Part shown: in pieces, positions 30,869 to 53,519 of the stretch
Layout: the number at the start of each line of letters is the position of its first letter
Position numbering within the stretch: position 1 is the stretch's first letter
Assembly: GCF_009914755.1 (NCBI RefSeq)
Contig: NC_060925.1
Source: the human T2T-CHM13v2.0 reference genome, Homo sapiens
Reading direction: 5' to 3' (one strand)
DNA: 64,000 nucleotides
Notes under the pieces: generated by a model
The model's input: the letters and a program-made list of their open reading frames with translations, nothing else
Databases searched by the model: none
Told to the model about the DNA's origin: nothing
Program-made: the position numbers and the translations under genes

Positions 30869-31868
30869 TTAACAACCAAGGCTATTGCATACACAGGGGC
30901 ACATGTGTGTTCCCATGTATCGTTTGCCCATGGGACTCCTGTGGGACTCCTGTGCAAGCTGTGTGCAGGCATGCATGGGAGATCTCCCCGATACAGTAGA
31001 GAGGTCACTACTAGAGTAGAGTGGGTGTCCAGAGGGTCCCGTGGGTACATGTGTGCCCCGGGCTGTATCTGCACACGTGTGTGAGTGCAGGGGGTGTGCG
31101 TGACTGTGCGCAGTAGGTGTGTGTACAGTACAGCATGTGTTTGCATATCGGGAGTTGGGGATGTTTAGTAATTAAATCCCTTTTCATCCTTCTGCACCTG
31201 TCTCCTGAAAGCTGAGAGAACAGACGTCAAACGGGACAAGGGCTGGATTGAATACAGCCAATTCTGAAATATTTATTAGCTTGCGACTCCGCTCAATGGA
31301 GGAGAAGGAATGCCAGCTAATCCACCCAGCAGTGCTCACAGCAGGGACGTTTTTCAACAGGGACTTCTTATATTTCAGCGACTGCCCACTCTGTCCAAAA
31401 ATGAGAGCGTTTTCATCTGGGTCCATGCAGCATTCTCCAGAACTCTGGTTAGGCATTCACAGGGCAGAAATCAAACCTGAGCTCTTGTTTCTGGGTTCCT
31501 GGGGCCATGAAGTTCTCTTCCTCAGACAAAGACGGGTGAACCAGTAGGACCTGGGGTGGAGTGTACCGGTCACCGTTTATAGGACGCTTCCTGTGTTTCA
31601 GGCACCGTGTGTGGGCCTTTCCATACATCTTCTTCATCTAAGTCTTCACAAAACCCCAATGAGATAAATGCCGAGTATGACCCCATTTAATACAGTAGGG
31701 AGCTAGGAAACGCAGAAACATTCAACAAATGAGAAACAGAGGCCCCCAGTAATGACGCCACTTGCCTGAAGACATAAGCTACTTAGTGGTGGGGCCAGGA
31801 TGTGAGTCCAGGGAATCAGCACTCCCAAGCTCAAACTCTCACCTTGCTGCCTCCTAATGGAACTATGA

Positions 31869-37760
<5,892 letters not shown>

Positions 37761-37839
37761 AAACACTGTTCTAGACGCCAGGACACAATAGTAAATCAAC
37801 TAACAAAAAGCCCCTGCCTATGAAGCTTGTGTTCTAATG

Positions 37840-38572
<733 letters not shown>

Positions 38573-38618
38573 ATCTAGTGGAAGGGACAGAAAATAATGA
38601 AGATAAATAAGTTAAGTA

Positions 38619-39021
<403 letters not shown>

Positions 39022-40708
39022 TTAGACAAGGTATCCAGGGAACATCTTGCTGAGAAGGTAACTTTTGTGTCAAAATCGGAAGGAGGCATGAAGACGAGCT
39101 CCATGCTTACAGCACATACGAGGCTGATCAGCTATTGGGCTCGTGTCTGCCACCCGGACCAGGCAGAGCTCCCCGAGAACAAGGACTATGTCTGTGTCCT
39201 CGGCCCCTGAAACACTGCCTGGCCCCGGTAATTGCATCTGTGCAATGGGGGTGAGGGGCCTGCTGGCGGGCTGAGCTGGGCTGTGTTTCAGGACGTGCTT
39301 GTAAACCCCATGGCTCACAGCGGGTGTTTGGTAAGAAAAAATATTTGTATTACTGGACTGACCAAATGAATCCCTGGGCAGGGGATGCCTGGCAGAGCAG
39401 GGTTAGAATCCCAGCTCAGCCGCCTTTGCGCTGTGGCACCCAGGAGAGCTCCGTTACCTCTCTGAGCCTGTTTCCTCACTGGTGAAATGGAGTCTCCCCT
39501 GCCCCGGGGGCTGCAGGGTTTGTGAAATGGCTTATGGAGTGTGCCTGACTCCACCTGATGCTCTGTAACATTTTACCAAGAAGAGGCTGAAGGGCTGCCC
39601 TGGAGTGGCCCCTGAGTTGGAGCTGTGAAGCCAAAGGCCTGCGCTCTCACCTCACATCCATCACCTCCTTCCCCAAAAGCCTGGGACTCCCAGAGCCCAG
39701 GGCACAGGGCCCTCCCCACCTTTCACCATAGGGAAGTGGACAGTGGAAGGAGCACTTTTGCAGGAGTCCAGTTCTGACTGCATCACTGCCTCCACTGAAG
39801 CCCTGGGCAGGTCACGCCCTTTGCCTGGGCGGCCATCCCTAAAAGAAGGGAAACAAACAAGGCAGGCCCTCCCATTGCCCCAGCAGGACACCCCAGGGAG
39901 CACAGGGATGGGAGGGGACACCCGAGTCACCAAGCCTTGGCCTTAACTAGCATGCTGACCTGCTGTCACTCAGCCAACCCTAGCCCCCTGGAAAGGGCTG
40001 GGAGTGGGGAAACCCAGGTTTGAGTCTTACCATCGCTGCCTCCTGGCCAAGTGAGCCCAGATTGTCAGAATCAGAGGCTGATGCTGCCCGCAGACAGGGC
40101 CGCTCCTCTCTCTTGTCATTCAGCCTAATGTCACCTTCCCCATCTCCATCCCCCATGGAAACCCAGGTCACTGTCACAGCACCTGGTCTTACTGCCCTCT
40201 GGGGCTTATCACTGCCTGGTTGCCCTTCCTCCTAGTCTCCTGTCTGTAACTTCCACGAGGACTATAACTCCACGAAGGAAGGCGGTGCCAATGTGGGTCC
40301 CATTTGTCCCCACACCTCCAGCCCCTGGAACAGTACAGGTTATAGGTGCTCAGGGAATACTGTTGAATGGATGAAGCCAAGCCCGCTTGGCAATCGTTCA
40401 GTCCAGCAACCCCCCCTTCCCCACTATTACGAAGATGGGGGTAGAGTTGAGGACCACATGGGGGAGGGGCTTGCTGAGGGTCACACAGAGGGTTTGAGGC
40501 GAAGCAGAGCCTCAACTTTGGGCTGGCTTCCCTACTGCACACAGCTCCTCTCTGAGCCTCAGTTTCCAAGCCAGGACAATGGGGAGACGGTCCCTCCTCC
40601 TTGCGGTGGGCTCTCTGGGGGCACGAGGGTGCAGCAGTTAGTTCTGATGAGCTGAAGCTGGGAGGTGGCGGGGACACCTCTTCAGAGCTACCAGGCTTGC
40701 CAAGGTGA

Positions 40709-41080
<372 letters not shown>

Positions 41081-42829
41081 TAATAACGGTCAGCACCAGG
41101 CCCCTGGGCTTACCGTTATTACTGCCCTTCTACCCTTGGGCTTGTTCCGAGGCCCCGTCACAGCCCAGCAATGCGTGTGAGAGAGCTTCGTTCTTTGTGA
41201 CTCGGCAGGACAGTGCCAAATGTCAGGGCTCAATTTTATTGTTGTTACCAATCGTATTGATACTCTAAGCTTGGGTTACCACCGACTTCCTTCCAAAGGG
41301 TATAAAGTGCTTTGCCATCGTCCTCACTCACAGACAAGCCCCAGAGGTAGGCCAGCAGGGAGAACGCTAATCTGATTACCCAGGACCCGAAAGGCGGGGC
41401 GAGGGTCTAAGGGATTGTGGCCAGTGACCTTGCTGCTCCGACCCCCACCACCCACGGAGCCAGGAGCCCTTCCTCACCCGCTGCCTGGGTCTGTTGACCA
41501 AAACCCAGCCCAAGTTCCCCAGAGCTTGGCTGTCCCTTCCATGCAGATTTCAGGGGAGCCCCCAGCCCCTGGGGTGAGGAGCGAAACAAGCCAAGGGCAG
41601 GCAAGGCTGGTTTGGGTCTGATGCCGTTAAATGCGTGGTGCCCCGTCAGCCATTAGCCAGTCTCTAGGGACAGACAGTCAGAACAGTTAAAGGAGCTCAG
41701 CCCATAGGAGCCACGGGGCTGTTACATCCCCAGCCCCAAGCCCTCCCCTAGCCGGCCCTAAACTGGCAGCTGAGCCTGGCCTGCTCATATTATCTCCTCT
41801 CCTGAGGTCCAGCCTGTGCCCACTCGCGAGTTGAGCGGGGGCACCGACTCTGGGTGGCCCAGGGTCGACAGAGGGGCTGTGAGTCAGCTAGTGAGACCTC
41901 AATAATCTACAAATGTGGCAATTTCAGAGCACCCCCTGAGCCAGGTCTGTGCCAGGCACCTGAGGCTAGAGGTAAGAGGCAGGTCCCTGGCTGAAGTGAG
42001 CACAGGGCTTGCGGCAAAGCAGAACTCCAGCTTCGGGCTTGGACTCCAACCATCACACCCTCGCCAGCCCCCTTTACAGGCACGGTCTAGCTGTGGAGTG
42101 AGGCAGATGACAGATTCCTGCAACACAGCGTGGCCATCGCAGATGCCAGGGCTCCCAGAGGAGGTGGGGTAACCTCATCTGAGGCTGTTCAGGGAAGCTT
42201 CTGGGAGAAAGCCACTGAGCTGGCCGGAAGGACAAACAGAGTAACTAAACGTAAGAAAAGGAGAAAGGGGATCCCAGATGAAGTCAGTTTGTCATTGGTA
42301 GAGTGAATAACAGACCTCCTGTCAAAGGCTTGCTGTGTTTTAAGAGAGGAGGGGAAAGTTATTTTGAAACTGAATCACAGAATGCACGGGAGGAATTATT
42401 CTTCAGGTCCTTATTAAGATGGGTGGGGTCCTTGGGCTCCATTTCCCTCTCTCAGACCCAAAGACCAACCCCAGGACCCATCCTGCTGTGGCTGACGTCC
42501 ACCTGGAGAGTCCAGGCCCTGTGGGAAGCCTCTAGGTCATGAGGCCTACCCTGACGCCCATGCCAGCTACTAGGCAAAAGACGACTCACCCAAGACACGT
42601 GGACAGACTTGGATCTGAGCCCCATGACCTAACTGGTCCCTACTTTATCCAGCACTTGATCCTTCAGGATCAAGGCCTTTTTGCTTCTTCCCTATTTCCC
42701 TTCTCACCTAGATTGTCACCCTGGGCATTCAGAGTTGAATTGAGATCTTGACGTTCCCTTATGATCAGGATTAGTATCTCCCACCTTCCTGCCTTGAACT
42801 ACACTGGGGGAAATACTCCTTTTAGTTGC

Positions 42830-43985
42830 ACTCACCTGTCACCATGACAAACATCATCAGGATCACCATCACCACCTTGCTCACCAAGAGCACCATGAGC
42901 ACCACCACTACCAATACCACCCTCACTAGCCTCCTCCACTGGTACTAGCACTACCACCATGAGCACCGTCATCACCATGACCATGATCTCTACCACTGCC
43001 ACCATTACTACCGCCATCACCATCACCATCATCACCAGACCATGATCACCACCCTGATGACCACCACTATCATCATCACCATCGATAGCCTTATTCCACA
43101 CAACAGGCGCTACCACTACCACCATCACAACTACCACCATGATCACCACCATCACTACCATCAGTACCACCAACACCATCACACCTGTCACCACCAAACA
43201 ACAACATCATGATCACCACCATGATGACCATCACGACCATCAGCACCATCACCACCATCGATAGCCTCACTCCACACCACAGGCACCACCATGAGCAGCA
43301 TTGCAACCACCACCATGATCACCAACATCACAATCACCACCATGATTACCACCACCACAACCATTGCTACCATCACTACTGCCATCATTACCATCACTAC
43401 TACCACTGCCATCACCATCACCATTACTATGACAACCATCACTATCATCACCACCGTCACCACCACCACAACCATTGCTACCATCACTACTGCCATCATT
43501 ACCATCACTACTACCATTGCCATCACTATCATCATTACTATGACAATCATCACTATCATCACCACTGTCACCACCACCACCATCATCACCATGGCCCTGA
43601 TCACCATCATTACCATCCCCACAATCACTAGCCTCAGCACAGGCACCAGCACCCCCACTATGATCATCACCATCACCACCACCATCACCACCCTCATCAA
43701 CACCATCATCACTACCACTATCACCACCATCATCACCACCACCATCACTACCATCACCAGGATGACTGTCACCATCATTATCACTGCCATCATTACCACC
43801 ATAATCATCACCATCTATCACTACCACTATTGTTATCACCATCATTACCACCATTGCCACCGTCATCATAACCACTACCACTATCAGCATATCACATCAC
43901 AACCACTACAATGACTACCACCGTCACCACCAAAATCACCACTACTACTATCCTGATCAACATCCACATCACCATCTGCTACCAC
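42830..43985. repeat. Degenerate (CAC/CAT)n trinucleotide array, resuming at 45079-45200
   Basis: Read directly; internal 111-bp higher-order duplication. Confidence 0.95.
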
Positions 43986-44250
43986 TGTTGAGTCCTAATT
44001 AGGGAAAAGGAGTCAGGCTGGCAGGAGCAGGGGAAAGCAGAAAGAAAAAGCAGATAAGCTCTAAGTCTGCCTTTCTTCATGGTCCAGGACATGTAGCCCT
44101 CCTGAGCCCAACTTCTCACCAGACACCTGCAAGTTAGCTCACAGCAACCTTGGCATTATCGGTACTGCACAAAGCCCTCTTCAGCACACAGTACAAGCAC
44201 CATCCTGTAAAATCCCCAGCAAGCCTTTGTCTCCTTGCAGTCAACTCCTC

Positions 44251-44926
<676 letters not shown>

Positions 44927-45399
44927 TCCTCTCTTCCTGGTCTGCCCATTGCACTCTTGCAGCGTCTTTTCATACTTTCTCTAATATGTCTGCCTTTCTT
45001 TACCTACAGTTGTCTTGGTAAAGTCTTCTTACTGCCCTCGTGATGCCGGTCTCAGATAGTCACTGCTCACCCGAGACAACTACCATCTTCAATTCCATCA
45101 TCATCCACCATCATCGTCATCACCCTCCTATTCTCCCTCCTCATCTTTCTCAGTCATCACCATCACCACCTTCATCATCCTTCAACAACACCATCTTGTC
45201 CTCCTACATGACCAGTACGAAAGGACCTTATAGGTTTATTTTCCCCTGGGGACCAGTTGTCATGTGGAAGATCCCTGCTCTCTGGGGTTTCTGAATCGAA
45301 GGCCAGCACTGCTGCTGGCGATAGGCACGGGGATGATGGGATCCTAAAGTCTTTCCTTCCCTACCACTCCTGCTGAGACCCCTGAGCTCTGGCCCAGAT

Positions 45400-45730
45400 G
45401 ACTGCAATTCCCCATGGGCCGTGTTTGCCTCTGTGCCCTGCCCTGTCAGTTTCCTTGGCCTGGAATGTGCTTCCCCTCATAACCTCCATGGTGGACTCAA
45501 GAGTCAGCCCTCCCAGGAAGGGTTTCGACTCCAAGTCTGGGTTGAAAGCCCTTTCTCAGGAGCCAAGGCACCTGCGGTTCACTTGTCTTGTCACTTGTCT
45601 GTCTGCCCCACTAGAGGGTGAGCTCCTTGCGGGCAGGGCTGGGTTTCCTTCAGCTTTCTATCCCTGGCACAGTGCCTGGCTCAGAGGAGGAGCTCAAAAA
45701 ATATTTGTTGAACAAATGAATGCTTGTTAA
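45400..45730 (+). mobile_element. L2 3' end
   Basis: gcctggaatgtgcttccc...ccactagagggtgagctcc...cacagtgcctggc...atatttgttgaacaaatgaatg. Confidence 0.8.
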
Positions 45731-47399
45731 ATAAATGTGTATGAAATGTTGCAAATCATGAATCAGAGAGCTTTTGGCAGAGAAGAAGAGACAGAAAGTC
45801 TCTATACTCACCAGGGTGGAGCCAAGGACGGCGAGAAGTGGGAAGCTAACTGTGGAGGGGAATGGGGTTGGGGGCTTGATAAGGCTTCCCTTGGGAGGGG
45901 AGGTCTGACTCAGATACACTCTGTCAGCCAAGGAGTCCTCTCAGTCCACAGCCTCTGGGGTGGGGTGTTAGGGGGAAGTGGGGTCAGGGGTCAACTGCCC
46001 ACCAGGCTGGCACTCTCCCCTGGGACCCCCAGCCTGGGCGAGGGAGGGGGAAGCGGGTCAGGCCCCTCCCTGCCTAGTGCACAGTGGCCTCCACTCGACC
46101 CCTTTAAGACAGCCTGGGCGGCTTCCCTTTGCTTGTTGAAACTGTTCAGTTTTCGGACAGGACAGGGGAGGGGGGCGGGGGGGAGGTCACACCTGTTGTG
46201 GAACTTGAGAGAAGGCTTATTTATAAATGTTCAGGGCTCGGGATTCTTGCGGAGCTGATGTCCGGAGGGGAAGGTCACCAAAATGCTTGTTTATAGAAGC
46301 AACAGCAACTGGGAACACCATAAACGGGCTAAACGATGAAATTAACAAGCCATCTGAGGCGGGGCATGGCGGGGCACAGCCAGGCCTCCGTTGGCCAGGG
46401 CGCTGCTGCTGGGCAGAGCCCCAGACCTGCCTCCAAGCCAGGGCCCTCCCAGGCCCCAGCCACCCTGCCTGCCCCCAAAACACCGGCCCAGCTCAAGTGC
46501 CACCCCCACCCCACGCCAGCCCTTGCCCCGTCCTCACCCAGGGGCATGTGGTTCACACAGCAGCTCCTCCAAGGCACAGTCCTCGCTGTGCCACCCCAGC
46601 AAGAGCTGGTTCTTCACCACCCCCAAGGTGGGCATTTCTGCAGGGGCCCTCACTGCCACCCAAATCCCCCCAAATGTACCAGGATGGTGCCTAATTGGGA
46701 GTGTACTTTTTTATGGCTCTTGAAGGCCAGACTTGGGCCTCCAGCCTGCCTGGGAGTGGGCCCAGAGCCCCGTGGAAGTGTCAGAGAGAGGGCATTTCCC
46801 CCTGCTCACCCCCTCCTGGGACTCTCTGTCCGATTCCCAGTTTCAGGAAAGCTGTATTTTCCTTGGGTGACTGATGGCTGAACAGGTGGCTTCTGGGTTA
46901 GAGAGTGTCAAGTGAACAGCGGCAAGGAGAAGTGGCCCTGCCATGGCTCACTTTCGCTGCCTGCCTGGCCCTGGGCTGCTGACAGCTCCCTGGCCTCCCC
47001 TGCTGAGGGCGTGTGTCTGGCCGCCCCCCACCAGACACCACCCCGGCCCTGCAGCCCACTAGCCGGGGCTGTCTGCACGCAGAGTCCTGACAGCTGAGGG
47101 GGAAACTGGGCCCTGCCCTCTTCCACACGCCACACCCGTGATCACAGACACACGAGCGTAGTCACATGAGGAGACCACTCGTGTTCCTCATGGAAAGCGC
47201 CTGCCCCCAACTTTCCAATTTTCCATCGAATTCACCGAATGACCCTGAGCCTAGCAGTGTGTCTTGTGCACCGACGGTCCCAGAGCCGACACGCACGGAC
47301 ACGCCGGGCTCCACCTGCCTCCACCTCCTGCGTTCTGGTCCCCCCCTCTGCGTTCTGCAGAGGCCCCTGGCCAGGCACCCCACTTCTTGGCTTCAGTAT

Positions 47400-47630
47400 C
47401 CCTCTGTGTGTCTCTGTCTCTGAGAGACTCTCTCATCATCTCTCTCTCCCTCCCGTTCTCTCCTTTCTCTTGCTCTCTGTCTCTGTCTCTCCATCTTTTG
47501 TTAGATAAATTGCTACCTCTTTTTGTCTCTCTCTCTTTCTCTCCATCTGCTTCCTGCCTTGGTGTCTACCTCTTTCTGTCTCTCGCCTCCCTGACTCTCT
47601 TCCTCTCTCTCCGGCTCTGTCTCTGTCACA
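47400..47630. repeat. CT-rich low-complexity tract
   Basis: Degenerate (CT)n/(CTGT)n. Confidence 0.8.
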
Positions 47631-48969
47631 GACATCCCCCCCGCCCCCACCCCCAGCACATGGCCTCCGTAACTGGAAGTCCCATCCTCTGGCATCAGCG
47701 TCATCGGATCTATTTTCTCCCTCAGCCACACTGCTCAGAATTTCTGAGAGGAGCTACTGGCTTCAGCCTGGCCCTCACTGTGGGCCTGGTGGGTGGAGCG
47801 GGCAGCTCCCTGGGGCCATGAAGGACCCACACCCGGGGACACAGGCTGGACCGGCTCAGAGACTTTCTGGCATGAGCCAGAGCCGGCTGCCAACCTCTTG
47901 GCTCTCCTTGGCACTGGGGCCAGTGAGGCCACGCATTTGAGATCTGGGTGACCTGGTTCCCAGTGGGCCACAGCAGTGGGACCAGGGCCGCAGGAGGAGG
48001 CATCACCAAAGTTTCTTCATCGGCCACTTCCTTGGCCACTATCATTCACTCTCCAGGAGGACGCGACCCTCTCAAAACCTGCTTAAAACGCTGGGTTCTG
48101 GCTCCCTGGTCAAGGGGAAGGGAAGTAACCCTGATAAGACCCTTAGAAGGAACAGCCAAGCTGCCCCAGGGACCCTTTAGCTGCCAGGCGGTGGTGGGCC
48201 TCAGGTGCCTTGCGTGGCCTGGTGGAGACCAAGAGGGAAGTGCCTGGGAGGGGACACTGGGGACAGCGGCCTGGAAAGCACCGTCCTTTCCACACCCATG
48301 CCCAGAGGGCGTCCTGGCTCCCCATCAGCCCTGAATCCACAGGGAGGTAGGAAAGGTCCATGCCAGTGACACAACGGGCATGGGGCCCTAGGGAGGGCAG
48401 GGCAGGTGAGTGACAGGTGTCATTCCTGAGGTCCAAGACAGAGGGAACATGGGTCCAGGAGACCACCCCTGCCTGAATTCTGATCCACATGCCCTCACCC
48501 CCCACTTTTCTGCATGGATGTCAATCAATCACTCCTTCAGTGGGAAAATATGTATTGAGCACCTACTATGTGCCAGGCCTTTTCCAGGCACTATGATAAA
48601 CCCACAGTCTGGAGAGGGGGCAGACAATAAGCAAGAAAACAAATATCTCATCACAAGCTGGAATTAGTGAAGGAAGCAGGAGCATGTTGCAGGGCGAAGG
48701 GAGAGGGAAAGGGAGAAGGAGCCTCCTCTGATGGGAGGTGGCAGAAGACCTCCGAGGAAGGAACATTGGTGCCTCAAGACCCTCTCTCCATCTTGGAAGC
48801 ACCTCCCTTCCAGGTAGGAAGTCAGGAGTCCCACACCCCAGCTCATCACAGATTGTGGGCAGACCCACCTTAGTTCAATAGTCATAAAAACTTCAGCCAT
48901 CACTTAACTCGTTGAAGACCTATCTATGCTAAGTGCTCTGCAACTTGCTTCTGTGTTTTATCTCTTTTA

Positions 48970-49628
<659 letters not shown>

Positions 49629-50419
49629 TTTTAAAGATGAGGAAACTGAGGCTCAGAGAGGTTCAGTAGCTTGTTTGATGCTACACAGGTTGTAGGAGGC
49701 AGGACCAGGATTTGAGTGCCCAGTGCAACATCCATGTGCCCCAGTTCTCCTTCTCTTTGAGAGCCATCTCTGGTCCCAGAAAAGAGGGGAGCAGCCTGCA
49801 CTCTGGGGTGGGACAGGAGGAGTTGGAGGAAGAAAGGGGTTTTTCAGGCCCTTTCCAGGGCATCTGTCTCCAGTAAAGCCCCCTAGACTGGGACTCCCAG
49901 CCTCTCTCATCTTCTCTACTACGGACTGCGGAGCACACAAGCCCTCAATGCCCCCATCTGGCTTGCAACACCAGTCCCCCAAACCCAGCCCACACTCCCC
50001 CACCCTCAGGTACTCTAGGTACTGAGATAGGCCCCATCCCAGGCCCCCTGTTGCCATTGTCTTCTCCAGACAACCATTAGCATATGTGCAATGCAATTAC
50101 CCTTCAGCTCTCCTGGCCCGGGGCTGACACGGAGGTCCCCATCCCCAGTGATTTGGGGGGAAGGGGGGTTATTACAACTCACAAAACCTTAAATTAAGAA
50201 TGAATAAGAGAAACGTTGCATGCCACTTCTGAAAGGCTGCCAGCCCAGGCTGGGGTGGGTGACGGGTGTATTATACTCTGCGCCGACGGAGGAGCTGATG
50301 GATGTGCCCGTAGTGGGGAGGACGGAATAGCAGCTGATACCTGTCCGCTCCAGGCCCAGCGCTTTTCCAAAGCGGCTGGGTGTGGAGAGTTCATCCCCAG
50401 CTATCCCCTTACGGCTGCA

Positions 50420-51150
50420 GGGTTTGCAAAAGGCAGAAGTAGGTCTTGAGCTAGACTTGGGTGGGGAAGGGTAGGTGTGATCAGAGAGCCTCCCTGGAAT
50501 AGTCAAAACAGAGCTTGCAGGTTGCAGAGGAGTAAACCCTTCAACCCCCAGGTACAGAGCAAGGGGGCAGAGGTCCAGGTCGAGAGACCAGTGTGTGCCG
50601 AGGTCCTGGAGTGGAGGGTCACGGCGCACGGCAGGTAAAGAGCTGGAAAGGCATGGAAGCTGACCCTGGAGGTGGAGAGGCGGGAGGAGGGTGTGACTCT
50701 GGGGAACTGGGCAGGAGTCACTCTCTGGCGAGCCTTCTTGTCCAGCGTCCGGATTCAGGATTTGGTCCTAGGAATGCCAAGAGGAGGAGTGTGCAATGTG
50801 ACTGTGCTGTGTTTAAACAAGGTCCTCTGGCCACGGTGCAGGGAACAGACTGGAGTTGGCAGAGACTCTGTGGACACTCCAGGAGGCCCATGCGGTGGGC
50901 TGGGAGAGACAGTGGCAGCCTGGGTAAAGGAGATGGGGGTGAAGGAGAAAAGCAGGCAGACCAGAGAGGGTCAGTTACGGGAAGACTGATCAGTCGTGGT
51001 GATGGTGGCGGGGGAGAAGAGGTGGCGGCAGGGATGAAAGCCGGATTTGGGTCATGTGCAGCTTGGGAGATGGTGGAGCCACTTATCTAGATAAGGAAAT
51101 GGAATGGGGGCACAGATTTGAGGTGCAGGAAGAGAAAAGGTTTAGGTGTG
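50420..51150 (-). mobile_element. Degenerate L2 fragment
   Basis: Purine-rich L2 antisense signature (gagagacagtggcagcctgggtaaagg..., ggatttggg...cagcttgggagatggtggagcc). Confidence 0.55.
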
Positions 51151-53197
51151 GATATGAATGTCATCACCTTCCTAAGCTATGGTTTCCTCTGTCCGTAAAG
51201 TCCGATGCCACACGTGGCTCACACAGAGCTGCGGAGCAGGCCTCTGACACTCAGTTCTGCTGTTCCCCAGTGTGAGTGTGAGTGTGCGTCCACGGGCTTC
51301 TCCTTCGACCACCATGAGTGTCAGTTTCCTCAGGGGGCAGGGCCAGTGTGAGGCTCAGAGGAGAACCAACAAGGGAAGCACGTTACAGCACGAAAACATT
51401 AGGCAAGTAAGTGCCTATGTGCACCTTCCCTGCTCACTCTGCGACCCTAAGCAAGACCCTTATCCTCTCTGGGCCTCAGTTTCCCCAGCTTGAGTCTGGA
51501 GTCACAGGCTGTCTCAAGAGGGGCCTTCTAGCTTTAATGCCCTCTGTCAGGGACAAGACCTCAGGACTCAGGCCCACGGCCAGCCCCCAGGAAAGGGGCA
51601 TCCCAGCCCAGGCCTGGGAGCTCTCGGGAAGGTGTAGCCTGTCCACTGCTGCTTGGCTGAGCTGGAAGGTGCCACCCATCAGCTTGCCAGCGAGAACCTG
51701 GCTTCCTCCTCCATCAGAGCTTAGGGTTGAAGGTGGGTGTTCTGATGCCTTTCTCCTCCAAGTCCCACCCCCTGGTCTGTATCTCAGGCTATGCCCTGTG
51801 CCTCCCACAGCTCTGGGGAATCAGAGCAGGTCAGGCCAGTGTCCCCTGGCCCTGGGATCTGGTGCGGTCCTGGGCCCCTCCCACCTTGCACACATCTCTC
51901 AGGCCTGCCAGTCGGCAAGGAGCTGGGAGAAGCGGCGGCTTTGAGGTCAATGGGGATGAGGTCACAGGCAGGGGAAAGATGGGGCTGACAGCCCACCACA
52001 CCCACAGGGGCAGGGTGTCAAGATGGGTCCCTCCAAAGCCCTGTGACCCTGGGATTCAGGGGAGTCGGGGGAAGGGAGGAGAGAGCAGCTCCCTTCCCCC
52101 AGCCAGGAGCCCTGTGCTGCTGCTCGTATATCTGTCCCTGGATAATGTATATCCAGCTTATGGAAAATATTCATAATGCTCCTTACACCAAACTGGCCCC
52201 CTTCCATAGTGCGTGATCTAAAATTAAATCCATTTCAAATATACAGTAGATCGAGTCAAGCTAATATAAATGAAACATGATTAATAGGCAGAACACTGTC
52301 CTTCTTAGCAGGGCTGAGGAGGCAGAGCTGGGGCCACTCTAGCTCTCCCTCCCCACAGCCCCCAGCCCCCCAAGGCCTCCAAGCCCCTATCCTTATCCCA
52401 AACTCCCTTCCGTCCGCAGCTGAAATGTGGACCCTTCCTGGAATTCACCTAAATTGTGAAGGGCAAGTGTCAGGAAGCACAGCAGTTTAGAGAGCAGACG
52501 TGAGTGTCAGGACAGAGCTGAGACCTAAAGCTGGTGACCTCACCTCTCTGAGCCTCGGTGTTCTCATCTATACAATGGGACGTTAACGACCCCTGCCTAG
52601 TAGGGATGTTGTGAGTGTTAAATGCAAGAATAATGCAGGTTAAGCACAGAGGACCAGTCACCCGAGAAGGAGACCCTCATCCCCCAAGTCTGCCCCCTCT
52701 CCCCCCTCCCCAGCCCCCAGTGGGAGTGGGGATCTGTGCCCCCACTGGCCCCCTGATCAGCGGGCAGAACAAGGGCCAGCCAGAATTCCTGCCATTGCAG
52801 GGATATGCTTGGTGGGTTATTTTTAGTGCGTTGGCAAGTGACTCTGTTACTGACCAAATGTTCCCACATTGGGGACAGAATCTGCTAAGAGGGCACTTGT
52901 ATGCTGAACCGAGGCAGGAGGGGGTTTGCAGCCTGTCTCGGGGGCTCCTCGTGTGTCCTTTTTGCACACACATTTGAACTCGGGCCCCGTGGCCACTGAG
53001 GGAGGGAGAGCAGGAAGAACTTGGGGGCTCTGGGAGGCATGTGCGCCGCGTCTGGCCTGTCTCCTTCCCGGCTGGGCACCTGGGCGCCTCACACGAAAGA
53101 TGCTCCTTAGCGTGGAACGAGAAACAATGTCACCCTGGGAGAGTGCTCCACGTTCCCCCCTTCAGGAAAGACCCAGGCTTCCACTGGCTGAATGTGT

Positions 53198-53201
<4 letters not shown>

Positions 53202-53228
<27 letters not shown>
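53202..53228. repeat. (GT)n microsatellite
   Basis: Read directly. Confidence 0.95.
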
Positions 53229-53519
53229 CGCCTGTCTCCTCATTGCTCCCCCAGTGATGTCTTGCTGCAGGTACACGAGCCCCTCACTGTCCACCCGGGT
53301 CCCCAGCCTGATCCCTGGATCTTTCTGCTCACACCATCAAGGATGTTCTTCTGAACTCCTGGTGTACTTGCCCCGACCTGGGCACCCCACCTTTTGTGCA
53401 GGCCCACGAGAGTCGGGGGGGTGTCTGCCATCATCCATCCAACAACAGCCCTCTGCTGTTTCCTTTTCTCCCGGAGGGGTTGAAAGAGGGAGAGCCCCTC
53501 GGGGTGGGAGGGGGTGCTG

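Noticed and set aside
43188-43914. Mucin-like Thr-rich and His-rich ORFs (~140-208 aa)
   Set aside because: Degenerate CAC/CAT repeat open in several frames on both strands, interrupted by an LTR, with no convincing splice sites.
45607-45622. CTCF-like CCACTAGAGGGTG
   Set aside because: Lies in a generic L2 3' end and lacks the GGC(A/G) 3' part of the motif.
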